NCBI GenBank assembly: GCA_965657355.1 | Contig: CBFHOE010000007.1 | Location: 160,001 to 224,000, forward strand | From: Limisphaerales bacterium | GTDB taxonomy: Bacteria > Verrucomicrobiota > Verrucomicrobiia > Limisphaerales > JAJOIW01 | DNA length: 64,000 nt | Reading direction: 5' to 3' | Part shown: positions 48,943 to 60,200 of the stretch, in pieces | How the letters are laid out: every line of letters starts with the position of its first letter | Numbering within the stretch: the first letter of the stretch is position 1 | Notes under the pieces: generated by a model | What the model saw: the letters and a program-made list of their open reading frames with translations, nothing else | Database searches by the model: none | Told to the model about the DNA's origin: nothing | Translations under genes and position numbers: made by a program

Positions 48943-50349
48943 TCATCTAAGGATGGATTTGATGATTGGAACTAAAACTTTTTCAACTTCAGGAGATACT
49001 CGCGATGCCCCAGGACTAGCTTCATACCCGCCCTGTGAATAATGTATCTCACGACAAATATAACCAGGGCCATAGTCACCATAGGCGACCATACAAACAA
49101 AAGAATCAGGCTTCATTTGCTGAGCCTCAAGCTGGTACTCCACGACTGCCTCACCTGGGAGGAACAAAAGATCAACTCCAGCTATTCTAAGTCTTGATAA
49201 TGTGGCATTGTTTTGTCCCTGGTCCGAACGTCTGACCCAAGCAAGATGAGCTGCTGCAACTTTTTTCTGTGTATCAGTTGCAGAAGGGTTGCTTAAGATC
49301 GCTTTTAATTGAGAATCGATAAGGAATCCTGAGACTGGTAATTTAAAATCGAGTGATTTCCATTCGAAATTTCCAGATGAGATTGAAACTTTTTCAGTCT
49401 TATCCCAAGCTTTTTTCATTCCATCAGCTAACTTAGTTGCGAGCAAAATCCTATTTTCAGGATTTCCATCGTTCCATTTACCCGCTCCGATATTGCCACC
49501 AGCACCTGTGAAGTGAATATGTCGTATTCCGGCTGTCTGTGTTTCCCTGAATTCCCTGGCCATTCCTGGAAAATCGGGGTTTGCGCCCCCTCTGCGATAG
49601 TAGCTTTGAGGATGTGTAGCGTAGAAAGACAAAACCACTATCGGGGTAGTATTGTTCCAGAAGCTGACAAGTCTGACACTAGGGTCTATAATGCCAACCG
49701 GCTCTGCACGTAATTTGGGGTCAGTTGTAGCAGTATATCGAGTTGCCCTTACTCTGCCGTCATCACCTAGAATTCTTCTATTCGAGGCCACTTCTTTAAC
49801 ATCAGCCTTTCCTGTTCCAATATGGGTTACTTGAGTGTATGACTGGCATGCTTTCTGAACTGCCTGCGCACAATCAGATATAGCTTTTCTACAAAATACC
49901 GGGTCCATAAATGTTTTATGAGCACCGTAATTAAAAAGAATTTTGTAGGTGGTAAAATCACAAACGGGAGCATCGTGTTGATGATTTGTGTGAACAGCAA
50001 CTCTAGATGCAGTTGTGCCAGCTGCCTCGGCAAGCGCCTCTTTCCATTCGTCTTGCCCCTCATTTCCTATTCCAATCCAATCGACAGCACACAAAACGAT
50101 GGGCAAGCCACCATTCTCATTACTGGATTTCAAAACTATCCCTCTGGCACTTAGCGGCTTATCTTTCCATGTATTTTGGATGTACGCCAAAGGACTTCCT
50201 ATGGGTGGCGTAACATCAACTTCAAAGGTTGTCAGTAAAACACCAGATGAAGCAGGTTCATTAATTTTACTTTTGAAACCTTCATCTGCGGAAGCAACAA
50301 AAGCAAAAACACATACCAAGACTAATAGGAGTTGTACTTTAAATTTCAT
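48943..50349 (-). CDS. Secreted neutral-ceramidase-like amidohydrolase (hypothetical)
   Basis: DVTPP.G, LSARGIVL, HQHDAP, YATHPQ, DFPG, GAGGNI, LPGE..VEYQ, YGD..PGY, GGYE. Confidence 0.6.
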   Translation of the reverse strand: MKFKVQLLLVLVCVFAFVASADEGFKSKINEPASSGVLLTTFEVDVTPPIGSPLAYIQNTWKDKPLSARGIVLKSSNENGGLPIVLCAVDWIGIGNEGQDEWKEALAEAAGTTASRVAVHTNHQHDAPVCDFTTYKILFNYGAHKTFMDPVFCRKAISDCAQAVQKACQSYTQVTHIGTGKADVKEVASNRRILGDDGRVRATRYTATTDPKLRAEPVGIIDPSVRLVSFWNNTTPIVVLSFYATHPQSYYRRGGANPDFPGMAREFRETQTAGIRHIHFTGAGGNIGAGKWNDGNPENRILLATKLADGMKKAWDKTEKVSISSGNFEWKSLDFKLPVSGFLIDSQLKAILSNPSATDTQKKVAAAHLAWVRRSDQGQNNATLSRLRIAGVDLLFLPGEAVVEYQLEAQQMKPDSFVCMVAYGDYGPGYICREIHYSQGGYEASPGASRVSPEVEKVLVPIIKSILR

Positions 50350-51200
50350 TAAATTCCCTCAATAAATTTTAATATTTTATTTATTATCTTATCAGAGTAA
50401 AACTCGCCCCCCCCGTGAGCTCCGCCGTGAATGATTTCTAAATCTACCTTCAAATGTTTTTCCTTATATTTTCCAAATAACTCAAGCGATTGGTTAACAG
50501 GCATTTGATTGTCTTGATCACCATGTATGAGCAACAAAGGAGGATCGCCATGATCAATATGAAAAACCGGGCTCGCTAATTCAGCTTCTACCTTTTTTTT
50601 ATCGGGCTGGCCGCCTAAAAGTAATTCAAGCGCAGGACCCCTCACTCTGAGGCCGTGCGGGGTGGACTGAGATAAGATTGTGGTTAGATTGGAGGCCCCA
50701 TAAAAACTGACAATACCTTGGACAGATGAAGACAAATTACCATTTCCTCCAATTTCACCCTCAAGGCCTTTGTGATTATTTGTGACGCCAACTAACGAAG
50801 CCAAATGTCCGCCCGCTGAGGATCCGATAATCACAACTTTTTCCACAAAAATATTTAGTTGTTTCCCATGAGCCCGCAAAAACCTAATAGCCCCTTTAAT
50901 GTCGTGGATATTTTGTGGAAATGAAGCCTGTGGTGTTAGACTGTAATCAACGCTTGCTATGGGGTAACCGTGATCCAACAATCCTTTTATTGGCAGGCTT
51001 TTCCTGCTACCACTGCGCCACGCCCCCCCATGCACATAGACGACAACTGCGTTTTTCAGCGATTTTTTTGGTAAGTATAGGTCGAGCTGCAATGGGCGCC
51101 CGTCCAACTCAGAATACTGAAGTGTTTTCATCTGCACTGCCTCCAATAAAGAACACGAAAAAAAATGAAGAAGTAAAACAATTTGAAGAATTTTTTTCAT
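50349..51200 (-). CDS. Alpha/beta hydrolase (HSL / BD-FAE-like esterase)
   Basis: LDLYLP, VHGGAW, GSSAGGHL, HGDQD, GAHGG. Confidence 0.9.
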   Translation of the reverse strand: MKKILQIVLLLHFFSCSLLEAVQMKTLQYSELDGRPLQLDLYLPKKSLKNAVVVYVHGGAWRSGSRKSLPIKGLLDHGYPIASVDYSLTPQASFPQNIHDIKGAIRFLRAHGKQLNIFVEKVVIIGSSAGGHLASLVGVTNNHKGLEGEIGGNGNLSSSVQGIVSFYGASNLTTILSQSTPHGLRVRGPALELLLGGQPDKKKVEAELASPVFHIDHGDPPLLLIHGDQDNQMPVNQSLELFGKYKEKHLKVDLEIIHGGAHGGGEFYSDKIINKILKFIEGI

Positions 51201-51203
51201 TGA

Positions 51204-52994
51204 TTACTCGGTAGTTGTTGAATTTTGGTCTATGCCGGCAACTATTTCGAGAATATTTTCTTTTAATAAATCGGATGGCTGTATCAAAGCGACCTCAACA
51301 AGTGACATTCGAGCAAAGTTTATACCTGTGATATATTGTGCCAATGGTTCCCCATTTCCCCTTGCTTCCCGCAAGGCTGTTTGTAGCGGAGATTGTGGAA
51401 TGGTCTCGCCCTTTACATCAGAAAAAGATTTGAATACCCCCTTGATGTAGTCCTCAAATTGTATCTCCGAAATTTTTAACAGGATCGGGCGGTTCATTGG
51501 ATCGTCAATAACTCCCGTATTAGAGGTCTTCCATGGATACCATTTATCACCTTTGGTCATATCCCATGTCCTCTCACCGTAGAAAACCAGACTCGGTTCT
51601 CTGAAACCTACGGCAATAGGTTCAATCACTTTGGGGACTTCATCAATGAGAAGGCCAATCTTTCTAGATAAACCCCATTCTTTACTATGCCATCCAGCAT
51701 ACGTCATCGCACTAGCCAGAAATAATGAGGCAATAAAAATGTGTGTGATACTTTTTCCGCGTCTACCAAGTCTCCATATAAATGCTAGACTTACTAAGGT
51801 TACTCCAATAGCGATTAGATAACCGGAGAATAAAAACTTCCCTTCGGTGACAAAAGGCAACGCTGGGTCACCTTGTATACCAAAAATTAAGAACCCGCCG
51901 AAAAAAACAGAAATAAAACCTATGATAATGAAAAACCAATCATATAAATTTTGAAAAAACTGCCACTTTTGTTTTCCGTCCCCACTGAACCCAAGAATCA
52001 TTAATGCTGGAAAAGCTGGCAATGTGTAGTGAATGAGCTGAGTAGCATAGAAAGAAAAAACTAAAAATGGGCCCATAGTCCAGCTCAGTAAAAAAGCGTC
52101 CATTTCATTTCTTCTTTTAAGGGAACTCCAAAGCCCAAACAAAATGAATGGAGCTAATGGAAATAGGCTTATTAGCGAAGTTGGAATGTAAAATCCAGGA
52201 ACAATAATTCGTTCATTGAAAGATTTAAACCCGCGATCGATCACATGCGTCCCCATTCCTTTATCCCAGTAAGCTCCGTCAGTCATTATTAATGCAGGGA
52301 TACCCCAAGCGGCTATTATGGCTAAAGTGATAAAAAAGCCCGGAAAAACCTGTAATACTTTGTAATTGAATTTTTTCCGAAATAGAAACCTGTAAAATAA
52401 GAGTGTCATTATTGGAAAAATGATTGCTATGGGTCCTTTGGCCAGAAATCCAAAGCCCATCGAAGCATACAAAATCCAAAATAATTTATCGTACCGAACC
52501 TTATTATTTAGATCCAATTTTCTCCATATTGCCCAATGGGTCACCACGAGCATCAAAATCATGGGCATATCGGCAAGCGCTAATCGGCCCTGCATCAGAT
52601 TTTGCAAGCAGATGGACCACCCGAATACCGCGCCTATCCCGACCGCTAGTCCAAAGGATTTTTCTGCCCAAAGGAATATGATGATTCCAACAAAAACACT
52701 GCTAATAACCGAGTGAAGCCGAGCCCCGAACTCGTTTTGCCCAAATATGAAGTAATTAACAGCCATCCACCAGTATGTCAGTGGAGGTTTGTCGAACCTA
52801 TATTCACCATTGAAATACGGAACAATGGGGTCTGCTTTTTCCATCATTTCGACTGTTGCTCTGGAAAACCTAGGTTCGTCTCGGTCGAGGAGCGGGAGTT
52901 CAATAATACCTGGAACCAAAATCCAAAGCATCCATAAGATTATGAACAGAATAATTTTCCGCCTGGGTAGTTCTTGTAATTTTTCTAGATTCAT
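51204..52994 (-). CDS. ArnT/PMT-like (GT83/GT39) integral membrane glycosyltransferase
   Basis: DRDEPRF, P.FNGEYRFDKPPL.YW, FGARL, ADM, FLAKGP, HYTLP; many TM helices. Confidence 0.88.
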   Translation of the reverse strand: MNLEKLQELPRRKIILFIILWMLWILVPGIIELPLLDRDEPRFSRATVEMMEKADPIVPYFNGEYRFDKPPLTYWWMAVNYFIFGQNEFGARLHSVISSVFVGIIIFLWAEKSFGLAVGIGAVFGWSICLQNLMQGRLALADMPMILMLVVTHWAIWRKLDLNNKVRYDKLFWILYASMGFGFLAKGPIAIIFPIMTLLFYRFLFRKKFNYKVLQVFPGFFITLAIIAAWGIPALIMTDGAYWDKGMGTHVIDRGFKSFNERIIVPGFYIPTSLISLFPLAPFILFGLWSSLKRRNEMDAFLLSWTMGPFLVFSFYATQLIHYTLPAFPALMILGFSGDGKQKWQFFQNLYDWFFIIIGFISVFFGGFLIFGIQGDPALPFVTEGKFLFSGYLIAIGVTLVSLAFIWRLGRRGKSITHIFIASLFLASAMTYAGWHSKEWGLSRKIGLLIDEVPKVIEPIAVGFREPSLVFYGERTWDMTKGDKWYPWKTSNTGVIDDPMNRPILLKISEIQFEDYIKGVFKSFSDVKGETIPQSPLQTALREARGNGEPLAQYITGINFARMSLVEVALIQPSDLLKENILEIVAGIDQNSTTTE

Positions 52995-53149
52995 TCAGTT
53001 AGAAGGTTGAAAGAATACTCAATGATTCAGACATTTCCAGCTCGGAAATATTGCGAAATATGCTCATAGCTGAGTGTTTTGAAACGAAGTATTTAATGTA
53101 TAATTTATTTCTTTCACCGTATTCATTTTGGAATTAATGTTTGACCACC

Positions 53150-54277
53150 ATGAATCGTTTATTTCTGATTTTATTTTTAATCATTAACTTCACGCTTTTT
53201 TACAACGTCCCGCGAAGCAATGCGCAAAACAAAGTTGATCGCCTCATACTCATATCTTTGGACGGTGTTAGAACTCAGGAATTATTCCAAGGATTGGATG
53301 TCGATCTTTTGATGAAAAAGAATCAAGGTAAAAAAAAGGAAGATCTTCCACTTTATCAAAAATATTTTGGAAATAAGCCAAAGGAAAGCAGGGAAAAACT
53401 AATGCCTTTTTTCTGGAAGGAATGGATACCTAATCATGGGGTTGTTATTGGAAACCGCCATTCTGATTCAAATAACACCATGAAACTTCTTAACCGCCGA
53501 AGATTCTCTTTTCCTGGGTATAATGAAATACTGTCAGGAACGGCCGATGACAAAAGAATCAATAGTAATAGTAAAATTCAAAACCCGAATTCTACAGTAC
53601 TCGATTTTTTGAAAACCAAATGGAATCTTACAGAAAACCAAATTGCCTGTTTTGCTTCGTGGGATGTTTTCCCTTATATCGTCTCATCCGAATTTGGCTC
53701 TATTTATACCAATGCAGGATTTGCAGATTATCCATTTGGGACAAGCGAAAAGATCAAAACGCTCAATGCGGCACAGTTTGAGCAACCCACTCCTTGGGAT
53801 TCTGTTAGACACGATTACACGACCTTTAGCTTTGCCTTGGATTTTATGAAAAGGAACAAGCCAAAAGTAATGTATCTGAGTTTAGGCGAAACTGACGACT
53901 GGGCCCATAATGATAGATATGATCGCGTTTTAGAGACGCTGAATAGAACCGACAATTATTTCAAAGTTCTTTGGAATTATTTACAAAGCGAAGAATTTTA
54001 TAAAGATAGAACAGGTGTTATAATTTGTACGGATCACGGTAGAGGTGATAATATTTTCAACTGGATGTCGCATAATGATAAACTACCTGGTGCAGAATAT
54101 GTCTGGATGGCAGTTATTAGTCCTAATGTAGAACAAAGAGGTGAATGGCGACCCTCAAACTCAAACACTATTTCCCAGAGTCAAATAGCATCCACTCTCT
54201 GTGCACTGGCAGGGTTGAACTACCTTGAATTCAAACCCAAAGCAGGAGAACCAATTTCTGAAATCATAAAAAATTGA
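53150..54277 (+). CDS. Secreted alkaline-phosphatase-superfamily protein
   Basis: ISLDGVR, FSFPGYNEILSG, GETDDWAH, TDHGRG; signal peptide. Confidence 0.8.
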   Translation: MNRLFLILFLIINFTLFYNVPRSNAQNKVDRLILISLDGVRTQELFQGLDVDLLMKKNQGKKKEDLPLYQKYFGNKPKESREKLMPFFWKEWIPNHGVVIGNRHSDSNNTMKLLNRRRFSFPGYNEILSGTADDKRINSNSKIQNPNSTVLDFLKTKWNLTENQIACFASWDVFPYIVSSEFGSIYTNAGFADYPFGTSEKIKTLNAAQFEQPTPWDSVRHDYTTFSFALDFMKRNKPKVMYLSLGETDDWAHNDRYDRVLETLNRTDNYFKVLWNYLQSEEFYKDRTGVIICTDHGRGDNIFNWMSHNDKLPGAEYVWMAVISPNVEQRGEWRPSNSNTISQSQIASTLCALAGLNYLEFKPKAGEPISEIIKN

Positions 54278-54290
54278 GTCACATACACTT

Positions 54291-57200
54291 CTACTGAATT
54301 TTACGAATACGGAAGAAGTGTGAGTCGGATTTAGGTGAGAATAGAAAAAATAGTTCTCCTGGAATTTCCTCAGCTTCTTTTCTTGCAGATTCGACCCACT
54401 CTGTTTCTTGACCGAGCAGTGTATATGATTCCTCGAGGACGTAAAAGTGACCTGGTTGAGAGTTAAATCGAATGGCTAACACTCCAGCCCCTTGACTGGA
54501 ATACTGAATTTTTAAAATGAGTCTCTCGTTTTCGATATAGGGATTAGAATTATCGTTGAATTCCTGAAGATTTAAAATCCCATCATCGTCATAATCCAAT
54601 AAAGCATCCAAAGGATTCCACGGATTAAGATCGAACTCATTTTCCCAGTAGTCAGGCATTCCATCTTTGTCGGAGTCACCATGAGATATTGATAAGGTAT
54701 TTGAAAAACCTGGTGTGGCGATCAATTCTCTTATCGTATCGTCTCCATCGGGGTAACGCCCGAAAACAACTTCATTTTGCGTCGGGAGAACAACAACCTC
54801 ATCCATAAGTTTTTCAGATGAAGAATAAAGTCGCAAAAGTTCACCATCGCCATCTATCTGGAAATCGAGACTCCAAGGCACTTTGCTGTTAGATCGGTCC
54901 GTGAAAAAACGAGCCCATCCATTGGCTGCTACAAAACTCCCTTGAGGAAATCGCTTGAATGAGTCTTGGTAAATATGTGGCGTGTCCGAAATAAGGGTAC
55001 GCGTTAAATCAGCCGGTTTGTTTGAACCGTTATATATTTCAACCCAATCTTTTTGATGTTGATGGCTAGCTCGCCACTCGTTAATCATAATATTAGAAGA
55101 CGAAACGTGCATTGTACTGGAATTAGTTTCCCCTGGTGTTGGCTCTTCCAACAGTTTATAGACCTGCCCGGGTTCAACAGATTTACCTATGATTTGGCTT
55201 CCATAGAGAATGGAATCCACGATGTTACCTTCAGGATTAATCAACTGAAAATATCCTCCCTCATGAGACATCATCAGGCCCGAATTTAAAAAACCCAAAT
55301 CTATTAGCCCGGTAGATTCAGTCGGGTCCATACCTATGAGAAGGAATTCACCAGATTGGATTGAAGATTCCTCAGGGAAAACCCATTCAAGCTCATTATG
55401 TGGATCTAAAATCCTATAGTCTTTTAGATCCAAATCCTCTGAATCTGAATTGTAGATTTCTATCCAAGAATTAAAGGGGTGATTTGTATGGGCTTCTTGC
55501 CAAGCCATGAATTCAGAAATTTTCAAGGTCTCATTAGCTGCGTCCGCATTGGAATACCCTCGCGTAAATTTATTGCCAAAAGTTTTTCGGCTATTAGATC
55601 CGTCTGGAAGATAGCCAAAAGAATAGTCTTCTCTAGTTGAAGAAATTCGGAAGTCATCGATTCTTTCTCCGTTACGGGTTTCTAGAAAAATTCGATCGCC
55701 TCTTTGAAGAAGCGGAGAAGGCAATTCACCAAAGCCGAATTCTTGTTCAAATTCGAAAACAAGAAACTCGTTTATCCCGAGAAAAGATGGTCTACGAACC
55801 TGGTGAGCCCAATTATTTCCGCGAAAAATAAGCCCAGTCAACTCAATCGGAGTGGGACTTTCCACCTGGGTCACCTCGACCCAAGGTTTATTCGTCCCAC
55901 TCGGAAAAATAAGCCACTCATTAAATCTGATGTCTTTAGGGTCCCCGAGCTCAACTCCCCTGTTTTCTTTTTGAACAGTAGGGATACCGAGACGAAAACC
56001 CGATCCAAACCTAGACAGCGAAAACCCGCTGGGCATAAAACCAAATTCAATACCATCCTCCCTATTACCGTCGGGATTATACAAGTAAAGAGACTCACCA
56101 TCCCGATTTAAGGAAAAAGGTGCCATCAGCTTGCTGGTGGATTCAGGTATCACCCCCCCTAGACCGACTGCAATAAATTGGCCGGGATTTATTTCCACAC
56201 CATCAGGAAATATCCATTTATCATTTTCCAAAGGGTCATCACTCAATCCCCATCCAGAAAGGCTCACTATTTCTGATGAATTATTTACAAGTTCTACCCA
56301 ATCAGCTGATCCTTCCCCATCATTCTCACCGTTCTGTTTAGGGAAAGGAACTATTTCGTTAATAAGAACAGAGCCTTGTCCTAATGTGGGCCTAAACTCT
56401 CCCGGTGAGCCACCAATAGAATTCGACGCAGACCACCAAGAAGCAGCGTTAGGCGGCGCTGATGAGCTTATCAATTCAATAGAGTAGCCACCTCCATCAG
56501 CCTGAACCGGCCACGCTCCTTGATCATTATATTTGATCTCATCGACCAAATTGCCGTTTGAATCAAAGAGGCGAAGTGTTTCTCCTTTATTACTTAAGGA
56601 CCCTTCGAATTCGCCTGAAATATTTGTTGATGGATACAGTTCTTTAAACACTTTTTGTTTTCCAGACGCAATGAGAACTATGGAATCGCCGGGTCCAATC
56701 TTGGTATCATTTGGGAAGGTGAAACCCGCACCTTGAAGCTTCCATTGCCCAATATCTATTTGCTGGTTTCCAAAATTGGTAATCTCAACCCATTCCGGAT
56801 TTGTATCAACCACTGGATGGTACATAATTTCCGAAATCCGAATTTTGTATAAATTATCTACAACTTGGTATTGATATTCTGATAAAGGGGACCATTTACC
56901 ATCTTCTTTGGCTCTTGCCTTCACTACAGATGTTTCAAATATTTTTATTGGACCAGAATAAATCTCCGATGAAGGATTAACCTCCCCAAAGCCAGCAAAA
57001 TCCGTTGTTAAAATTAATCTAGGAGAGAAAAGAAGGTCAGAGCTTGTTTTACTTATGTTGGCGACTTGAGCGGTTAACAAATTCTGCCCTGGAACTAATA
57101 GTGATTTAAACTCAGAAATATCAAATGGACTAAAGGCAACAGCGCGACTGTCAGAATTTGAAAATGAAGCAGATGAATCCCATGTCAGTTCTTCATCCAT

Positions 57201-60200
57201 ACCAGCCGAGCAAACCTTTACCCCATTAATAAACGCTGTAAACCCGTCCTCGAATCGAGCCTCTAAAACAAGCCTTTCAAAGCCATCGGTTTCAAATGGA
57301 TCGTATTCAAAAGGGATCCGAACATAAAAACTTGTGTACTTGTTTCGCATCAAGGTCTCGAGATCTGTTTGGATGTAGGAATCGTATGTCGTCTGACTAT
57401 CGTAACCTATACCGCCGGCACCACTAATCCAGTTACTATCATCAAATGGTTCATCACCGCCCCTCCATTTTCTGGGATTATTATTCTCACTGGGTACGAA
57501 AATTTTCTTCCTTTCTTTTTCTGCTAGTAATTCTATGAACTTTGCATTGTCCAAGGGCGAAACTCGCGGATCGGACCCGTCGGTTGTGTAAAATATTTGA
57601 GAAGAATTTTTCGCAGATAATTCAATGCTGTCTCCGCGGCTGATGATCCCACTCTGTTTGCTTGAGCGCGGGGCTTTCCCTGGATCGAAAAGCTTTGCGT
57701 TTTTTAGATGGGTTTCAACTATTCTTGGCCTTGCCGTCGCCCATTGAGAAGATACTTTAGTTTGCATATTATTAATGACAGGATTCATTAATTGGAACAT
57801 ATCCAAATATCTTTCTCTTACATGGCCTCTGGTTAATACCCCGTCACCGTATAGATGCTTTTGGACCCTATCCCCGAATCGAATTCGAAATTCCTCACTC
57901 TCCTTTAGCGACTGAAATATTGTAGTAATCTCGCTATCTCTTGCTAGCTCAGTAGTGATGGTATTGGTATTAAGTGATCTGTTTAAATTGCCGAAGGCCC
58001 ACTCGGCGTCCCAAACTAAAAACCTCCATTTGGCGCCTGGTATTCTCGGGCGTGCAGCACGCCAATTATTATGAGGCCAATCACCAGTTCCTGCGTAAAT
58101 ATTTAAGAAAAGATAATCAATGAAACTGTCGACATCTAGTTTTTCAGACAAATCAATGAAATTTTTAATTACGGTTTGATCTTTTCTTGCAGCAGAGAGA
58201 AGTCGATTCCACTCACGTCTATCGCCTTCCCGCGTTTCATTAAATTGCGCTATGACATCCCAATCCTGGTCCTCAGTTCCCGCGTAAGAATTTAAAAAAT
58301 CTTCATCAATTCTTTCTGTTGGATTATAGTAACCTTCGTAATTACCATTAATAAAGAGGTGAGCAAAAGTCCCGTGTGCCGCGACATAACCCATATCTGA
58401 GTGGAGCCTTCTTGCGAGTTCATCAACGACAAATGGATTGATGTAGTCATTCATCCCAGCACGCAAGGAAATGACGTCGAATTCATCTACTTGCGTATCA
58501 GGAAACAACTTATAATTAAGCTTTCCTGGACCATAGTCAGATCTGAAGTAAAGTCTGAAGGAGTATTTTCCAAACCGACCAGGGTCATTTGGATTGTAAC
58601 GAGACCGCACGTAATCTCCACCCTGTACTCGCAGGCCACAGTCAACTTGAAATGGATCTGATCCATCAGGAAATATCCATTCGACCGAGCAAGGCCTCTC
58701 CCACTCAATTCCCCTTTTATTAGTATTCCTCGGATTAGTTTCCATTATCCCAGTTTTTCCCCACAAATTATTTCTATCTGTGGTTATACTAATAACGGGT
58801 ATGTCCATGAAGGATCTACTGCTCTCTTTTATAAAAGTATGCGTCACTACATTTGAGGGTAACGCTCCATTCTTTATAACCAGTGCTCTAACAGTGACAG
58901 TCCTGCTTATGTTTATCGGAGTGGTATATACCTTTCCTCTGCGAGTTGTCGGCATGGAACCATCAGTCGTATACCTTATTCTAGTATCTGCCTCTGGTGA
59001 CCTTGAAGAACTCAAAACTAATTTGAATGGATCTTTAAAATAGCCTCTCTCAACTGAAAAGTGAGGTTCTTGAGAAATTTCTGATGTCACTGAAGTCGAA
59101 TTTCGGGATCCAGGAGTTGGGTTTGAAAAGTACCCCCATTGTTTCCCATCACGTGACAGCCCATAACTGTAATCTACCCTTTGGGATGGAAATTTTCCAT
59201 TTTCGCCAATCTGAGAAATTAATGGCCTAGGGGCCCCAGGACCATAAAGAGCTAGGTATTCACCGCGTATACCCAATTTAAAATTGGTATGGAGGGTTTC
59301 CCCTTTTCTATCAAGGCCAGAAGCAAAAACAACTAATCTGCCGTTGGGACGTATTTCGAGGCTGGGAAAAACCCATTTCCCTGGCTGTCGTTTATTATCC
59401 GAGATAGACCAGCCATCTATATTAATGACTGAATCCCCCGTATTCCAAAGCTCAATCCAATCTTGAGCTTGATTGTTCTCGTCCACCTCTCCATCCGGGT
59501 TGACGGCCTGAATTTCGGAGATGATGATAGATTCCGGTTCTATTGCTTCAACCAATTCCACCTTCCAAGTTTCTCCAGGAAACAGATTCGGTTTGATTGC
59601 TCTATCGAGTATTTCTGATTCTGATTTAATTTCGAGGATGTGATTTCCTGGTTCAATAGGGTTAATATAAAATTTGTATGGACCCGCAAATTCTCCTTCT
59701 ACTTCGATTGCGGGTTGACCATTTACTGTTAAATCTGAAGCATTTACCCCATGCACTGGTTCGGAGAAAACGACTTCAATAAATTCCATACTTGAAACCT
59801 GACTCCCGTCAGAAGGGTTTTTGGAAATTATAGTGGGAGGCGACGATTCAGACTTAACCTGAATATTTACTTTTTCTGTCATTACTTTTCCAAAAGGATT
59901 GGACACAACACAATAGAGCTCACTCCCATCCCATTCAGGTCTCGCTTCGAAAAAAGAGATCGTTGCTTCTTTAAAATCTTCCAGAGGATTGCCATTATAG
60001 AACCATTGGTAGCTCAAAGGGGCTGAACCGGTGACGACAACGCGCGCTTTGAAATTTTGATTCTCCTCAACAATGATGTTTTCTGGCTGTTGAATAACCG
60101 TGGGGCCTGTGACTTGACTAGGATCCGACCGTAAATATTCACCCTTGATCGGCCGCATGGAAGTGCCATCAGGCAAGTCCCAACCGACCGACAAATGGTC

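Noticed and set aside
53066..53077. 12-mer ATAGCTGAGTGT also present as reverse complement at 17814-17825, both upstream of genes
   Set aside because: About one chance 12-mer match is expected among a few kb of intergenic DNA, and distances to the start codons differ
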